From Candidatus Heimdallarchaeota archaeon (lineage in GTDB: Archaea > Asgardarchaeota > Heimdallarchaeia > Heimdallarchaeales > Heimdallarchaeaceae), in assembly GCA_019057815.1 (NCBI GenBank), contig JAHLWR010000014.1, positions 48,690-112,689 on the forward strand: a stretch of DNA of 64,000 bases. The letters run 5' to 3'. Positions within the stretch are counted from its first letter, which is position 1; each line of letters starts with the position of its first letter. Below, piece after piece: positions 40,559-50,841 of the stretch. The notes under the pieces were generated by a model. That model did not search any database and was not told the DNA's origin. It worked only from the letters and a program-made list of their open reading frames with translations. Made by a program: the position numbers and the translations under genes.

Positions 40559-40679
40559 TATCTGTTTTTAACAATTAATTTGTTACTAAAAACTAACAAA
40601 ATAGGAATTATTTTCTATTTTGTAGCCTCTTATCTTAAAAACCACTAATTTTGAAAAGGTTCAGTTTTCAACAACATCA

Positions 40680-40714
40680 TAAAGCTTCTCAAACAGAAAT
40701 TTTTTACTTTTATA
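40680..40714 (+). repeat. Imperfect direct repeat, right of the vapBC module
   Basis: TAAAGCTTCTCAAACAGAAATTTTTTACTTTTATA; partner at 39728. Confidence 0.6.
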
Positions 40715-40741
40715 GAACCAACAATTTCAATAAAAAAAGGT

Positions 40742-42046
40742 TTAACTCAACTTTTTCTTTCTTTTCTGAGTTAGAAATAGCACACATACAGGAGTTAAAA
40801 CTAAAATAAAGAAACTGGAAAAGCTAGTTTGTACGGTTTCTTGAAGTAGCATTGAGAAATCATATTTTATATCATCTAAGAGCATACTAGTAGCATTTAA
40901 AACAGTAAATATTGAAGAACCATTATTGAACATTGCGTCTACACAATGATATAGAGTATAACCTTTAAGATATAACTCTTCATGATGTTCGTGTCCATAT
41001 AACATAACTTCAATACTGTATAGTTTTCGTAGATTGGATGCTTGATTCATAAAGTTAGAATGATAAAATAAAATACTTGGAATATTGTTTTGATGAGCTA
41101 AGCCCAGAACTTCTTTAACGGTATTATATTCACTTGAACTTATTCCCTCTTTAGTTGCACTATAACCTACATAGAGCCAATCAAGAAATTCAAAACTTAT
41201 AATATTATTTTCTCCCAGATATTTTTCCCATATTACTCTAGAATTATCAGGAAGTATAGTAGAATAATCTAAATCATGATTTCCTGCTATAATAAACACA
41301 GGCATATCTAGCAAATCCAGAGCCCAAAGACCAAGCTTCAACTGAATCTCAGCAGCTAAAGGTTTCTTTGTAACAGGATCTACAAACAACCAAGCTGGTC
41401 CTCCTTCGATTAAATCTCCAGTGAAAATAGCAAAATCCACATCTAGATTCTTTATCTCTTCAATTTTATTCAAACAGATATCAGTTGTGTTTAATTGCCC
41501 ATAACAAGGAAAATGGCTATCAGATATATGAATAAAATTGAAAGGATACTCTTTCTTCTTAATGATCTTAACTGAATGGGTTTGAAAATCGTCACCGATA
41601 CTACTATTGAACTGTAAATCGTAAAGACCCTCAACATTTAAGGATGGTTGAACAGTGAGAACACAACCATCATCACTACTATAAGAATCCAAGACTTCTA
41701 ATTCAATTGTATTCACAGTATTTACTAATGAAAGAGTCCAATTGTCAGGTAGAGAAGATGAATTTATTGTTACATTAAAATTTCCATCAAAGTCAGTTAT
41801 AATTGGTCTTCCTTTATTTGGAGAAATAATTAGATCTATAGGTCTTGCAACTAAGTTGTACCGTTGATGTTTTGTTTCATTAAAGTACTCAATAGGGGAT
41901 GTTGTGTTATAATTTGAACTAAAAGAAGAGCTGACATTCTCCTCAAATTGTACATTAGAATCTACATTTAAATTTGCTTTAGAGTTTAAAATAAACAATA
42001 ACATCGATGTTATCAGAATAACTTTGAGCTTGTAGATATCAATCAT
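40742..42046 (-). CDS. Secreted calcineurin-like metallophosphoesterase with C-terminal anchor
   Basis: HISDSH, TGDL, AGNHD, FYH and GHEH; signal peptide; TM helix + KRKKK tail. Confidence 0.9.
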   Translation of the reverse strand: MIDIYKLKVILITSMLLFILNSKANLNVDSNVQFEENVSSSFSSNYNTTSPIEYFNETKHQRYNLVARPIDLIISPNKGRPIITDFDGNFNVTINSSSLPDNWTLSLVNTVNTIELEVLDSYSSDDGCVLTVQPSLNVEGLYDLQFNSSIGDDFQTHSVKIIKKKEYPFNFIHISDSHFPCYGQLNTTDICLNKIEEIKNLDVDFAIFTGDLIEGGPAWLFVDPVTKKPLAAEIQLKLGLWALDLLDMPVFIIAGNHDLDYSTILPDNSRVIWEKYLGENNIISFEFLDWLYVGYSATKEGISSSEYNTVKEVLGLAHQNNIPSILFYHSNFMNQASNLRKLYSIEVMLYGHEHHEELYLKGYTLYHCVDAMFNNGSSIFTVLNATSMLLDDIKYDFSMLLQETVQTSFSSFFILVLTPVCVLFLTQKRKKKLS

Positions 42047-42280
42047 GAAAACCAGTTCCTCTTTATAATTTTCTTTAGCTTTTTCTAATTCTCATTTTGG
42101 CATATAAACTTTAGCCATTGGTGGAAGAACCCACCACCTATATTCATGTTTATTTGAGGTAGAGAAGTTGTAAGCTTGCTATAATATACTATTCTGTATC
42201 TGTGTTTGTGGGAAAATTTTTTAATATTTCAAGAATATTTATATTCTGTTTTCTTTCAATTTAGAAAGAGGAGAAAAATT

Positions 42281-42578
42281 TTAACTAAAGTCATGGTAAT
42301 TAATGGAAGTCCAAAGTTAGAGAAAAGCTGGAGCATCAGTTGAAATGATTTACACAAAAAAACTCAAGATCCTTCCTTGTGTTGGTTGTTTTAAATGCTG
42401 GGGAGAAACTATTGGTGAATGTTTTATCCAAGATGATATGCAAGAACTTTAACCTAAGCTTAAAGAATCAGATATCTTAGTTTTAGCAACACCAGTTTAT
42501 TCTACCCTTCCTGGAGAAATGCAGAATTTTGTTAACAGATTAGTACCTCTTATAGAACCTATACATGTACAAATATAA
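42281..42578 (+). pseudogene. Iron-sulfur flavoprotein / FMN reductase-family relic
   Basis: LTKVMVINGSPK, then a frameshifting deletion, then AGASVE...PCVGCFKCWGETIGECFIQDDMQEL*PKLKESDILVLATPVY; truncated; AGAGGAG RBS upstream. Confidence 0.85.
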
Positions 42579-42708
42579 ATTTTGAGTAAAAGCTGTTTTT
42601 CTTAATAATTAGTATTTTAAGACATTCAATTTTTTAAAAAAATTAATACTACAAAGGTGAAGATAGATGTGCTGATTGGTATCGAAAAATATTCTTTTCT
42701 CTTTTCTT

Positions 42709-43605
42709 TTAACAATCAAATGTTAATGTTTCTCCGATTTTAAAGGGTCGAACTATTTCTTTCCCAAAGTAGTTTGTCATGTATTCTATTGCTTTCTTAC
42801 CTGTACAATGACTGAAATAGAGTAATGGTTTATTATATTCTTCCTCAAGCTTCTTAGCAACATATTCCAAATCTTTATCCTCAGTTAATGCAACTAAGTG
42901 GGTTCCTCCAATAATCGCCTTAATTTCTTGATTTGGAAACAATTCTTTTGCTCTTGCACAGATATTGAGAACTCCTGAGTGACCACACCCCAATATAACA
43001 ACAAGTCCTTCTTTTGTCTTTAGAATGAGTGAGAGATCATCAAGAAGGTCATCCTTAACATATCTTCTTCCCTCTTTTCTCTTGAGTATATCAATTGTAC
43101 AAGCTTTTTCCTTCCTTTCAGCAATTTCTCCTGTTGTTTTTAAGTAAGGAGTGATTTCAAAAGGTTTAGTTGTGGGTTCAAAGACCAGTCTACTTCTTTT
43201 AGATTTAGGAAGCATGGGAAAACCAAAATTATACATTCTATGTTTAAGAAGAGCTAAAAATGTGAGGGGAAATTTTACTTTCCTTCTTTGAAATGCATGA
43301 GGGTGAGCTATAATTCTTAATGTTTCGACCTCTTTTCTAGCATCTAATAGTGCCTCTATACCAAAAGTATGATCCCAATGACCATGACTTAAAATAAGGA
43401 ATTCTAAGGTGTTGGGGTCAATATTTAGAAGATTCATATGATGTATGAGAATAGTGCCACTATCCCCTGAATCAAATAGAATTCTTCTTCCTTCAAATTC
43501 TATTACATAGGCTAATCCATCAGACGGAGTAAAATCTGAATCTTCCTCTGCTTCTTTATCAACTACATTAATCAACTGAACTTGCATTTTTGACTTCTGA
43601 TTCAT
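42709..43605 (-). CDS. MBL-fold metallo-hydrolase (COG1237-like)
   Basis: ILFDSG, LSHGHWDH, GCGHSG, GGTHL and HCTG. Confidence 0.88.
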   Translation of the reverse strand: MNQKSKMQVQLINVVDKEAEEDSDFTPSDGLAYVIEFEGRRILFDSGDSGTILIHHMNLLNIDPNTLEFLILSHGHWDHTFGIEALLDARKEVETLRIIAHPHAFQRRKVKFPLTFLALLKHRMYNFGFPMLPKSKRSRLVFEPTTKPFEITPYLKTTGEIAERKEKACTIDILKRKEGRRYVKDDLLDDLSLILKTKEGLVVILGCGHSGVLNICARAKELFPNQEIKAIIGGTHLVALTEDKDLEYVAKKLEEEYNKPLLYFSHCTGKKAIEYMTNYFGKEIVRPFKIGETLTFDC

Positions 43606-43758
43606 GTATGTAACCTATTCCACGATGAAGATAAGTTCGATAAGCTTATGTAATAAGTTTGCTATAAAGTAGTTATGTTCATATGACATCAACTCACAAT
43701 AGGGTCTTTTGGTGGTCTTCTTGTGCGTTTTTTGAATTTCCAATAAAAGAAAGGTCTC

Positions 43759-44658
43759 TTATATAAATCGTAGATTTTCTAATATAGCTTTAACTTTCAT
43801 TTTTTCCAATACATACGTTTCAACTGCAGGTGTACAACCGCAATTCTCACAAACATATTCATCATAAATTCCTTCTCTGCAACAACAAATACTTTTTTTC
43901 CCACGTGTATAAGTTATACTTGACCAAATAGGTCTTTTCCAATTATTCAATTTGAGTGCTTTAAGTCCAGACCAAGTATTTAAAATCTTTGAAGGATTTT
44001 CTTTCTTAATTTTCCTTATTCTCGCTATAAGTTCTTCTTTTTCACGGGAATTCAAAAGTAGACTTTTATCTGAACCTATATAAGGAGTAAAGAAGTGGAA
44101 CAAGATTCCATTTATCTGTTTAATCTTAAGCAAAGAATCAGTAGCGGAATCAATATTTCTATAATTTAATTTACTTATGACAAAGTTAATATAAATTCCT
44201 GGATGATCACTTTGAATAATATTTTTAATTACACGCTCATAGATCCCTTCCCCTCGTATCATGTTGTGTTCTCTTGGAAGACCATCAATGCTGACCCATA
44301 AATAATCAGCATTTGATTCGAGTTTAAATGTTCCATTCGTACAAACCAAAATTCTGAAATAACCTAGTTTTTGTGCATATTCTACCAAGTCTTCAAGAGT
44401 TTTATTAGCATCAGACCACAAGTAAGGTTCTCCACCTGTTATTATTAGTATTCTGTTACCTAAATTATAGAGTGAAGCTAAATCTCTTTTTGCTTCCTCA
44501 AAGCTCATGTCTTGGTTACCTAAATTTCCTACTGTACAATGTTTACAACTTAAATTACATTTATCAGTGGGAATAAATGAACCAGTTAATGGAATCCTTT
44601 GTTTCAAAATTTTACACTTAAATATCCATAATAGATAGTAAGTGAGTTTCTTCAACAT
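43759..44658 (-). CDS. Radical SAM protein with C-terminal Cys cluster
   Basis: CNLSCKHC, TGGEP, TNG, VSIDG and CCC...CENCGC. Confidence 0.88.
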   Translation of the reverse strand: MLKKLTYYLLWIFKCKILKQRIPLTGSFIPTDKCNLSCKHCTVGNLGNQDMSFEEAKRDLASLYNLGNRILIITGGEPYLWSDANKTLEDLVEYAQKLGYFRILVCTNGTFKLESNADYLWVSIDGLPREHNMIRGEGIYERVIKNIIQSDHPGIYINFVISKLNYRNIDSATDSLLKIKQINGILFHFFTPYIGSDKSLLLNSREKEELIARIRKIKKENPSKILNTWSGLKALKLNNWKRPIWSSITYTRGKKSICCCREGIYDEYVCENCGCTPAVETYVLEKMKVKAILENLRFI

Positions 44659-44665
44659 GCTAAAA

Positions 44666-45955
44666 TCACCTTATAATCTCTAATTCTGATGGCCAAGGAT
44701 CATCTCTACAACTACCCCATACTGTGTTTATTCCTCCAAACGAGAATAAAGTCTGTATTTGATGTACCCAATAAGAACCTCTAGAATTAATTACTATATC
44801 ATCTCCATCCGAATAACACATTCCTAAGATTCTAGCTAATGTAATAGGAATCCTGAATCTTTTAGTAAATTTCTCTTCAAATTTCTTTTCGTATTCTTTA
44901 GTAGGGATACGAGTACAATACACTTTCCAATAGGTCCAAAAGACTTTTTGTATATTTACATCAAAAGGTGCTCTAACAGCGATTGGTAAACGATTTTTTA
45001 GAGAATCAATATAAGCTTCTAAAGAAAATGTGTTTAAGTAAAAGTAAGAACCAATATAAGAACCAGCACCAGGATCAAGACCAATATATCTTTCTCGAGT
45101 GACAGAACTATACCTTTGTGCAAGGCTTCTAGTAAACGTCCAAACAGAAGTTCGTAATAGACCAGCATCAAAACAAGTTTGTTCAAGTTTCTTAAATAAA
45201 CGATATTTCTGAAACCAGTTTGGTATCTTTATCGAACCTTCTATAACCTTCTTACCTAAATCAGTGAAAGGATAAGCATACAAAGGATAGCTCGATATCT
45301 GATCCACACCAAGTTCAATCACTTTTTCTACATCGTTTTTTAGCATATCTTTAGTCTGACCTGGGAGAGCAAACATCATATCAACATTTATAGTCGTAAA
45401 ATCTTGATCGACAGCTGTGGTAATAGCGCGTATAGCTTCACTAGAATCATGAGATCTACCTATTTTCTTTAACAAGGAATCAGTTAAAGATTCGATTCCG
45501 ATACTGAGCTTATTAACACCAACTTCTCGCAATTTATGAGTCATTTCAGAGGTTACAGTGGAAGGATGAGACTCTGTGCAAATATCTCCAGTTAAATTAA
45601 AATTTTCTTTGATCAGATTTATCAGATCACAAAGGATATCACAATCAAGAGTTGGTGTTCCACCTCCGATATAGAGAGATGTTATTTCTGTATCCTTAAT
45701 TATTCGACTATAGAATTCTATTTCTTTTCTTACAGCTTCAGCGTATTCCTTCATTTTTTTAGGGTCGTACAGAACCTTATTATAAGGACAATAAGGGCAA
45801 ATAGTTTTACAAAAAGGTACATGAAGGTAAAGACCTAAAGGATCAAGTGTTTCTGGGAAGTTGACTTTACCTTTTACTAGATTTAATGTTTTAGAAGATC
45901 CGATAATCATTTTTTTAAAGACTTTTCGTGTAAATGAATTAATCATATTATACAA
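44666..45955 (-). CDS. HemN-like (class C) radical SAM protein
   Basis: LYLHVPFCKTICPYC, YIGGGTPT, NVDMMFALPGQ and YIGLDPGAGS. Confidence 0.9.
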   Translation of the reverse strand: MYNMINSFTRKVFKKMIIGSSKTLNLVKGKVNFPETLDPLGLYLHVPFCKTICPYCPYNKVLYDPKKMKEYAEAVRKEIEFYSRIIKDTEITSLYIGGGTPTLDCDILCDLINLIKENFNLTGDICTESHPSTVTSEMTHKLREVGVNKLSIGIESLTDSLLKKIGRSHDSSEAIRAITTAVDQDFTTINVDMMFALPGQTKDMLKNDVEKVIELGVDQISSYPLYAYPFTDLGKKVIEGSIKIPNWFQKYRLFKKLEQTCFDAGLLRTSVWTFTRSLAQRYSSVTRERYIGLDPGAGSYIGSYFYLNTFSLEAYIDSLKNRLPIAVRAPFDVNIQKVFWTYWKVYCTRIPTKEYEKKFEEKFTKRFRIPITLARILGMCYSDGDDIVINSRGSYWVHQIQTLFSFGGINTVWGSCRDDPWPSELEIIR

Positions 45956-46113
45956 AGCTCTTTTTGTTAAAAATAATTAATAAGGATAACGATTTAAGTA
46001 TATTTTTCTCTATTATAAATAGGAATCTTTGTTCTGTTTTCAACCTTGACTTAGTTTATCAAAACCAAAAAAAATATATGAGACGATTTTTATTAAAACT
46101 TGGATATTGAAGA

Positions 46114-46236
46114 ATGGTACAATCATATTGATATACAGGAAAGATACTGTGGGTTGATCTTTCTACTAAACTAATTCATGAAGAAAAATCCCCCCGAAGA
46201 GGTATATCATAGCTATTTGGGCGGTTTAATTGGAAA
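46114..46236 (+). pseudogene. N-terminal relic of a tungsten aldehyde:ferredoxin oxidoreductase gene
   Basis: MVQSY*YTGKILWVDLSTKLIHEEK / +1 frameshift in a C-run / PEEVYHSYLGG, matching the AOR start GY.GKILRVDL...E...YLGG. Confidence 0.75.
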
Positions 46237-46935
46237 GTGTGGATAAAAATGAAAGCATTTGATATTCAACCAACTCTACAGATGTATTCTGGAGAGATCA
46301 AAGAAATCATTAAAGTATGCATTGGGATGCTCAAGAAAGAATTCATTATTAGTACAGCTGGAAATGTTTCTGTTCGTGTAAAATTACCTAATGGTCAAGA
46401 TGCTTTTCTTGTTACACCAAGTGCAGTGAAATATGAAGAAATGGGTATTGAAGATGCAGTTTTGATTGATGAAGAAGGTAATACTATTGTTGGACAAAGA
46501 AAACCTACTTCTGAAAAAAGATTGCACTTAGCTATTTACAAAGCCCGTGAGGATATCAAGGCCATAGTTCATTCTCATGCGACTTATTCTACAGTATTAT
46601 CAATTGTTCGAATGCCTATCGGACCTGTAGTTGATGAAGTCATTCCTATCATCGGAGGTTGTGAAGTAGCAGAATATGGTAGGGCTGGAACTGATGATTT
46701 AGCTAATAATGCAGTTGAAGCTCTTGGTGAAAATCTAGCGGTCTTCATTGCAAATCATGGAAATGTTTGCTGTGGAAGTTCATTGGAACAAGCTTGGACG
46801 GTTTGTCAGCAAGTTGAAATGGCAGCTAAGATTCAATATCGGGCTTCATTACTAGGGACAATCTATGCTCTACCAGAAGAAGCAGAAGAAGAAGAAAGAG
46901 AAATCTTCCATAAAATGCGAGATATGAATGAATAG
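46237..46935 (+). CDS. Class II aldolase/adducin family (fuculose-1-phosphate aldolase-like)
   Basis: AGNVSVR, VTPS, PTSEKRLH, VHSH and NHG. Confidence 0.9.
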   Translation: MWIKMKAFDIQPTLQMYSGEIKEIIKVCIGMLKKEFIISTAGNVSVRVKLPNGQDAFLVTPSAVKYEEMGIEDAVLIDEEGNTIVGQRKPTSEKRLHLAIYKAREDIKAIVHSHATYSTVLSIVRMPIGPVVDEVIPIIGGCEVAEYGRAGTDDLANNAVEALGENLAVFIANHGNVCCGSSLEQAWTVCQQVEMAAKIQYRASLLGTIYALPEEAEEEEREIFHKMRDMNE

Positions 46936-47197
46936 CGATTAGATTTTTGTGATGCCAATCCATTAAAATTGCTATAAAATCATCATATCATACTACTTTT
47001 GTTAAAATACAAATTGACAAGAGCATTTTAGTTATTCTTCTTCTTACTAGTGACTTTGTCACACTCTATCGCGTGCTGCAATTCTTCAGAAAACTTGCTG
47101 AAGGGGATGTGTGAATGTAAAAGGTTTATTGCGAAAGTGATATATCAGTTAAAAATCTTTAATAAGAATAGAAACAACAATAATTCAGTGAAATTGC

Positions 47198-47386
47198 TTG
47201 AAATCCTCTTTAGAACAGGAAATCAATGATATCAAAAATCGATTAGAAGAGATTTTTACTATTTCTAATACTATCCTTCAATTGCTTATACCAGAGGAAG
47301 AAGCATTTTCTGATGAGAAATCTGCTATTAAAATTAAGGAAGATATAGTAACAGAAGAAGAGCTATTTAATGAGTTAACAAGTTGA
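47198..47386 (+). CDS. Small acidic orphan antitoxin-like protein
   Basis: 62 aa, coiled coil + IPEEE..DE; its stop overlaps (TTGA) a RelE-like relic. Confidence 0.6.
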   Translation: MKSSLEQEINDIKNRLEEIFTISNTILQLLIPEEEAFSDEKSAIKIKEDIVTEEELFNELTS

Positions 47387-47442
47387 CTTTTGAAATTTCA
47401 ATAAAATAATCAGCTTTGAAATTCATAATTTCTGATAACTAA
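47383..47442 (+). pseudogene. RelE/ParE-like toxin 5' relic
   Basis: MTFEISIK*SALKFI resembles RelE N-termini; in-frame TAA and truncation. Confidence 0.5.
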
Positions 47443-47479
47443 GCTTTTAAGCTTATGTTTCTGGTTCCTAGGTGATTTT

Positions 47480-47644
47480 GTGAAAAAATGTCCAAAATGT
47501 TCCAAGTATATCAATGAAATGGGTAACAAAAAGTATTATTGTAAAGTATGTAATCTGTTATTCTATTTCATTTATCCCGGAACTCCCCCAACAGTATTTA
47601 GGATGAATAAGGAGCGCATGAAACGACCAGAATTCAAGGGTTGA
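47480..47644 (+). CDS. 54-aa zinc-ribbon microprotein (not in the ORF track)
   Basis: MKKCPKCSKYINEMGNKKYYCKVCNLLFYFIYPGTPPTVFRMNKERMKRPEFKG; AGGTGAT RBS just before the GTG. Confidence 0.75.
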   Translation: MKKCPKCSKYINEMGNKKYYCKVCNLLFYFIYPGTPPTVFRMNKERMKRPEFKG

Positions 47645-47711
47645 TTTCTTTTGGATATGAATAAAATTCCTCCTTTCAAGTAAATCTTTTAAGAAAGCAG
47701 TCATTTTTTCC

Positions 47712-48768
47712 CTATTGTAATTTCTTTGTCTTCTTTAAGATTATCCTTGTGAGTAATAAGGGAAATACTAATATTAGAAGAGTAAAAGCGAAGTCTAATT
47801 GATTTTCATCTGTAGAATATATAGTAGGTTCATCGAGAGGATAGAGATCAACCGAACTTGCAGAACCATCAATGGGATAAGAACCTATCTCTAACCAATC
47901 GGACCAGAAATTACCTCCAAGTGTTGCAGTATCATACCAATAGTTATCAGTACAATCATCATACGCTTGAGAAGAACCTCCTAAGTTATTATCTATGAAA
48001 GTATTATGGTGAATGATATTACTATCAGACCAAAGTAATAAGTATACTCCATAGCCTTCATTTTCTTGTAGCAGATTGTAAGAAAGGACACAAAAATTAG
48101 AAGACAAAAGATGGATGCCGTCATAACCATTGTTGTTGCAAGTATTGTTTGCTACAGTAGAACTATCAGAAGAGAAAATATAGATGCTATAGTTGTTATT
48201 GTTGCAAGTGTTGTTAGAAACAGTAGAACCGCCAGAATGGGAAAGATAGCTGCCTATATTGTTATTGTTGCACATGTTGTTTGCGACAGTAGAATTACCA
48301 GAAGAGGAAAGCCTGATGCCCCAGTTGTTATTGCTGCATGTGTTGTTGGCAACAGTAGAACTGTCAGAATATCGAAGATAGATACCATCCCAGATGTTAT
48401 TGGTGCAAGTATTGTTAGTGACAGTTACTGTGCTATCAGCTACATTCTCGATAAAAATACCATACTTTGCTGCGTCAACATAGCAGTTACGAACAATGAA
48501 ATATTTAGTTGTACTAGTGATATAAATACCCTTGTCATTAGTTGTTGTAATATTGTAACCATCAATAACATAAGGATCTTCAGCTGTTCCTGTTCCTAGA
48601 AAAACCCCAAAATCACTATCACTTGTTATTTCAATAGGATCGTGAGGAGTTATACTCTAAAGATGTAGATCTATTATTATTCTCTTCAGCGGTTATTTGT
48701 ACATTGATATTCAATGCGTAGATTGATAATGTCAGTATTAATAGAACTATTGTTGTTTTCTTTCTCAT
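47712..48768 (-). pseudogene. Frameshifted beta-helix (NosD/CASH) surface protein, paralogue of 30506-32110
   Basis: Signal peptide from ATG 48768 (MRKKTTIVLL) is one base out of frame with TPHDPIEITSDSDF...GTAEDPY, which reads open to the stop at 47712. Confidence 0.85.
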
Positions 48769-48903
48769 TAAATCACACTAAATTGAACTCTCTATCTAAT
48801 ATACCTTGTTCAACGAATTCTTCCAATAAGATTCCTTACTAGAATAATTTTCGAGTTTATATTTTAATTAATGTACAAAAAATATGAAAAAACCTTTGAC
48901 CAA

Positions 48904-49392
48904 TCACCAATTGTCAAGATTCGTGGGTGGTCGGTTATGTGTGTCTAAGAATCTATTATATTTTTCTGCTACTCGATAAGCATCAATATGACACCAAATT
49001 TGCAAACCAGCTACAACTGGAATTAAAAACCAAGCAACTGGCCACCATAAAATAAATGCAAAAATAAAGAATATTGTTATTCCAAAAACTCCAAATAAGA
49101 AACCTATACCTCTTCCTACTTTTCCAGCATACATTTGACCTGAGCCTAAAAGAACAAATATCGATAGAACTACTGCAAGACCTGGACTTTTGCGTTGAGA
49201 ATATACAGGTGATGGTTGATAAACAATAGTTGATTGCTGATAAGGACCGCTATACTGTTGTTGAGGGGGTTGTTGAGGGGATTGTTGTTGTAAAGAGGTG
49301 TCAACTTTTTGCGTTCCTTCAACACTAGCTCCGCAATTCTCACAAAATTTGTCACTTTCTTTTAACTTGCTTCCGCAACTATTACAAAACAT
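48904..49392 (-). CDS. Zinc-ribbon + Q/P linker + TM2-like membrane protein
   Basis: FCNSCG...FCENCG, QQP repeats and KSPGLAVVLS..LGSGQMYAG; AGGTG RBS before ATG 49392. Confidence 0.85.
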   Translation of the reverse strand: MFCNSCGSKLKESDKFCENCGASVEGTQKVDTSLQQQSPQQPPQQQYSGPYQQSTIVYQPSPVYSQRKSPGLAVVLSIFVLLGSGQMYAGKVGRGIGFLFGVFGITIFFIFAFILWWPVAWFLIPVVAGLQIWCHIDAYRVAEKYNRFLDTHNRPPTNLDNW

Positions 49393-49446
49393 TGTACACC
49401 TTTTTTCTTTTTGCATAATAAATATCATAAACATATTATTAAACAT

Positions 49447-49530
49447 ATCTTATTTTTTTTTTTTTGGTATAAAATCGATGTGAATATACAAAAAAAAGAT
49501 TCACCTATTGTAAGATCTATTCTCAATATC
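49447..49530 (+). repeat. Copy 1 (most diverged) of the ~100-bp gene-end/terminator repeat
   Basis: AAAATCGATGTGAATATACAAAAAAAAGATTCACCTATTGTAAGAT matches copies 2 and 3. Confidence 0.85.
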
Positions 49531-49556
49531 ATCTATTTTGTATCCCAATCTATCAA

Positions 49557-49751
49557 TTATCCTAGTATTGATTTAACTCTGCCCACTTTCCCATTTTCCA
49601 GTCTCACCTTGATTCCGTGAGGATGGCTACCCGAGTTGGTGAGAATAGTTTTTACCACACCTGTTGTCAAGTCTCCGGTTCTTTGATTATGTTTCTCCAA
49701 TATTGATACATTTGCACCGATGTGAATGTTTTTTCTAGTTCTTGAGGGCAT
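49557..49751 (-). CDS. YwbE (DUF2196) family protein
   Basis: NQRTGDLTTGVVKTILTNSGSHPHGIKVRLENGKVGRV. Confidence 0.92.
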   Translation of the reverse strand: MPSRTRKNIHIGANVSILEKHNQRTGDLTTGVVKTILTNSGSHPHGIKVRLENGKVGRVKSILG

Positions 49752-49886
49752 AATTGTATCTTCTTGTACTCTTTTTAATCTTTAATATTCTTAGCAGAAA
49801 AAATTGTGTAAAATTGAGTATATGAGTTTATAAAATGCAAGAGCACCAAGGTAAAACCATATCTATCATAAAAATATTGTTAAAAT

Positions 49887-49984
49887 ATCTTTATCGTTTT
49901 CGTTATGAAAATCGCTGGGAATATAAAAAAAAAGACTCACCTATTGTGAGATTTTTTTATCTATATCAAAGATCTTTGTAATTT
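49887..49984 (+). repeat. Copy 2 of the ~100-bp gene-end/terminator repeat
   Basis: ATCTTTATCGTTTTCGTTATGAAAATCGCTG...TCACCTATTGTGAGATT...TATCTATATCAAAG...GTAATTT, about 90% identical to copy 3 by eye. Confidence 0.92.
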
Positions 49985-50070
49985 CAAGGCTTAAGCTAAC
50001 GACAACCACACAGTAAAATATACTAGTAATGTGAGAGAAGGAGTTCTATATTTATCATTCTGAACTGAAA

Positions 50071-50445
50071 TTGTCCGAATATTTGAAAGTCTTTTTATAT
50101 CATAATGCTTTGAAAATAATGAGAAGGATGACAACCATCAGGACAACAGAAAATGAGCAAGTATCTTTCTTCTTGAAGATTTTGAGAAATCATTTTCAGG
50201 AAATAACTGATTTGTACAAAGTCAATTATTTGGGTATTTTTGGTTCATATATTCGAAATGAACAAAAAAATCACAGTGATCTTGATGTGTTGGTCGCTTT
50301 TAATAAACCTCCAAGTCTGTTTCAATATATTCGTTTAGAAAGCTATCTGAGTGAATTATTACAAGTCAAAGTCGATTTAGTTATGAAAGAAGCTCTAAAA
50401 CCCGCTATAGGAAAACAAATTCTCAAGGAGGTTGTGGAAGTATGA
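50071..50445 (+). CDS. mntA: Minimal nucleotidyltransferase (MNT) antitoxin
   Basis: GIFGSYIRNEQ...SDLDVLV and KVDLV; the true start is probably slightly downstream. Confidence 0.92.
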   Translation: MSEYLKVFLYHNALKIMRRMTTIRTTENEQVSFFLKILRNHFQEITDLYKVNYLGIFGSYIRNEQKNHSDLDVLVAFNKPPSLFQYIRLESYLSELLQVKVDLVMKEALKPAIGKQILKEVVEV

Positions 50446-50804
50446 ACATAAAACGACATTATATTGATTTTTTTAATGATATACTAGAATCTATTAAAAA
50501 AATTGAACAGTTTACAAAAGGGATGAATTATAATCAATTTGCAACTGACGATAAAACTTCATATGCGGTTATTAGAGCACTGGAAATCATAGGTGAAGCA
50601 GCAAAAGAAATACCTGAGAAGATAAAAGAAGAAAATCAAGAACTGCCTTGGAAAGAAATGGCTGGAATGAGAGATAAATTAATTCATGTGTATTTCGGAG
50701 TTAATCTAGAAGTTGTATGGGAAACCATAGAAGAAGATATACCAAAACTAAAGCCAATAATAGCACAGATTATTAAGGAAATGGATAAAAATCAGCTGGA
50801 ATAG
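50442..50804 (+). CDS. hepT: HEPN (DUF86) toxin
   Basis: LEIIGEAAK, PWKEMAGMRDKLIH.Y (RxxxxH); ATGA overlap with the MNT gene. Confidence 0.93.
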   Translation: MNIKRHYIDFFNDILESIKKIEQFTKGMNYNQFATDDKTSYAVIRALEIIGEAAKEIPEKIKEENQELPWKEMAGMRDKLIHVYFGVNLEVVWETIEEDIPKLKPIIAQIIKEMDKNQLE

Positions 50805-50841
50805 TAACTTTTTCTTTTTGTAAAATAAATATCACAAACAG

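Noticed and set aside
42105-42175. Third IS200/IS605-like remnant (CTTTAGCCATTGGTGGAAGAACCCACCACC...)
   Set aside because: A hairpin is present, but it is too degenerate to align confidently with the 24209 and 28378 copies.
47049-47106. Two short hairpins (GTGAC-TTT-GTCAC; CTTCAG...CTGAAG) as an ncRNA
   Set aside because: Stems are only 5-6 bp and match no RNA family I recognise.
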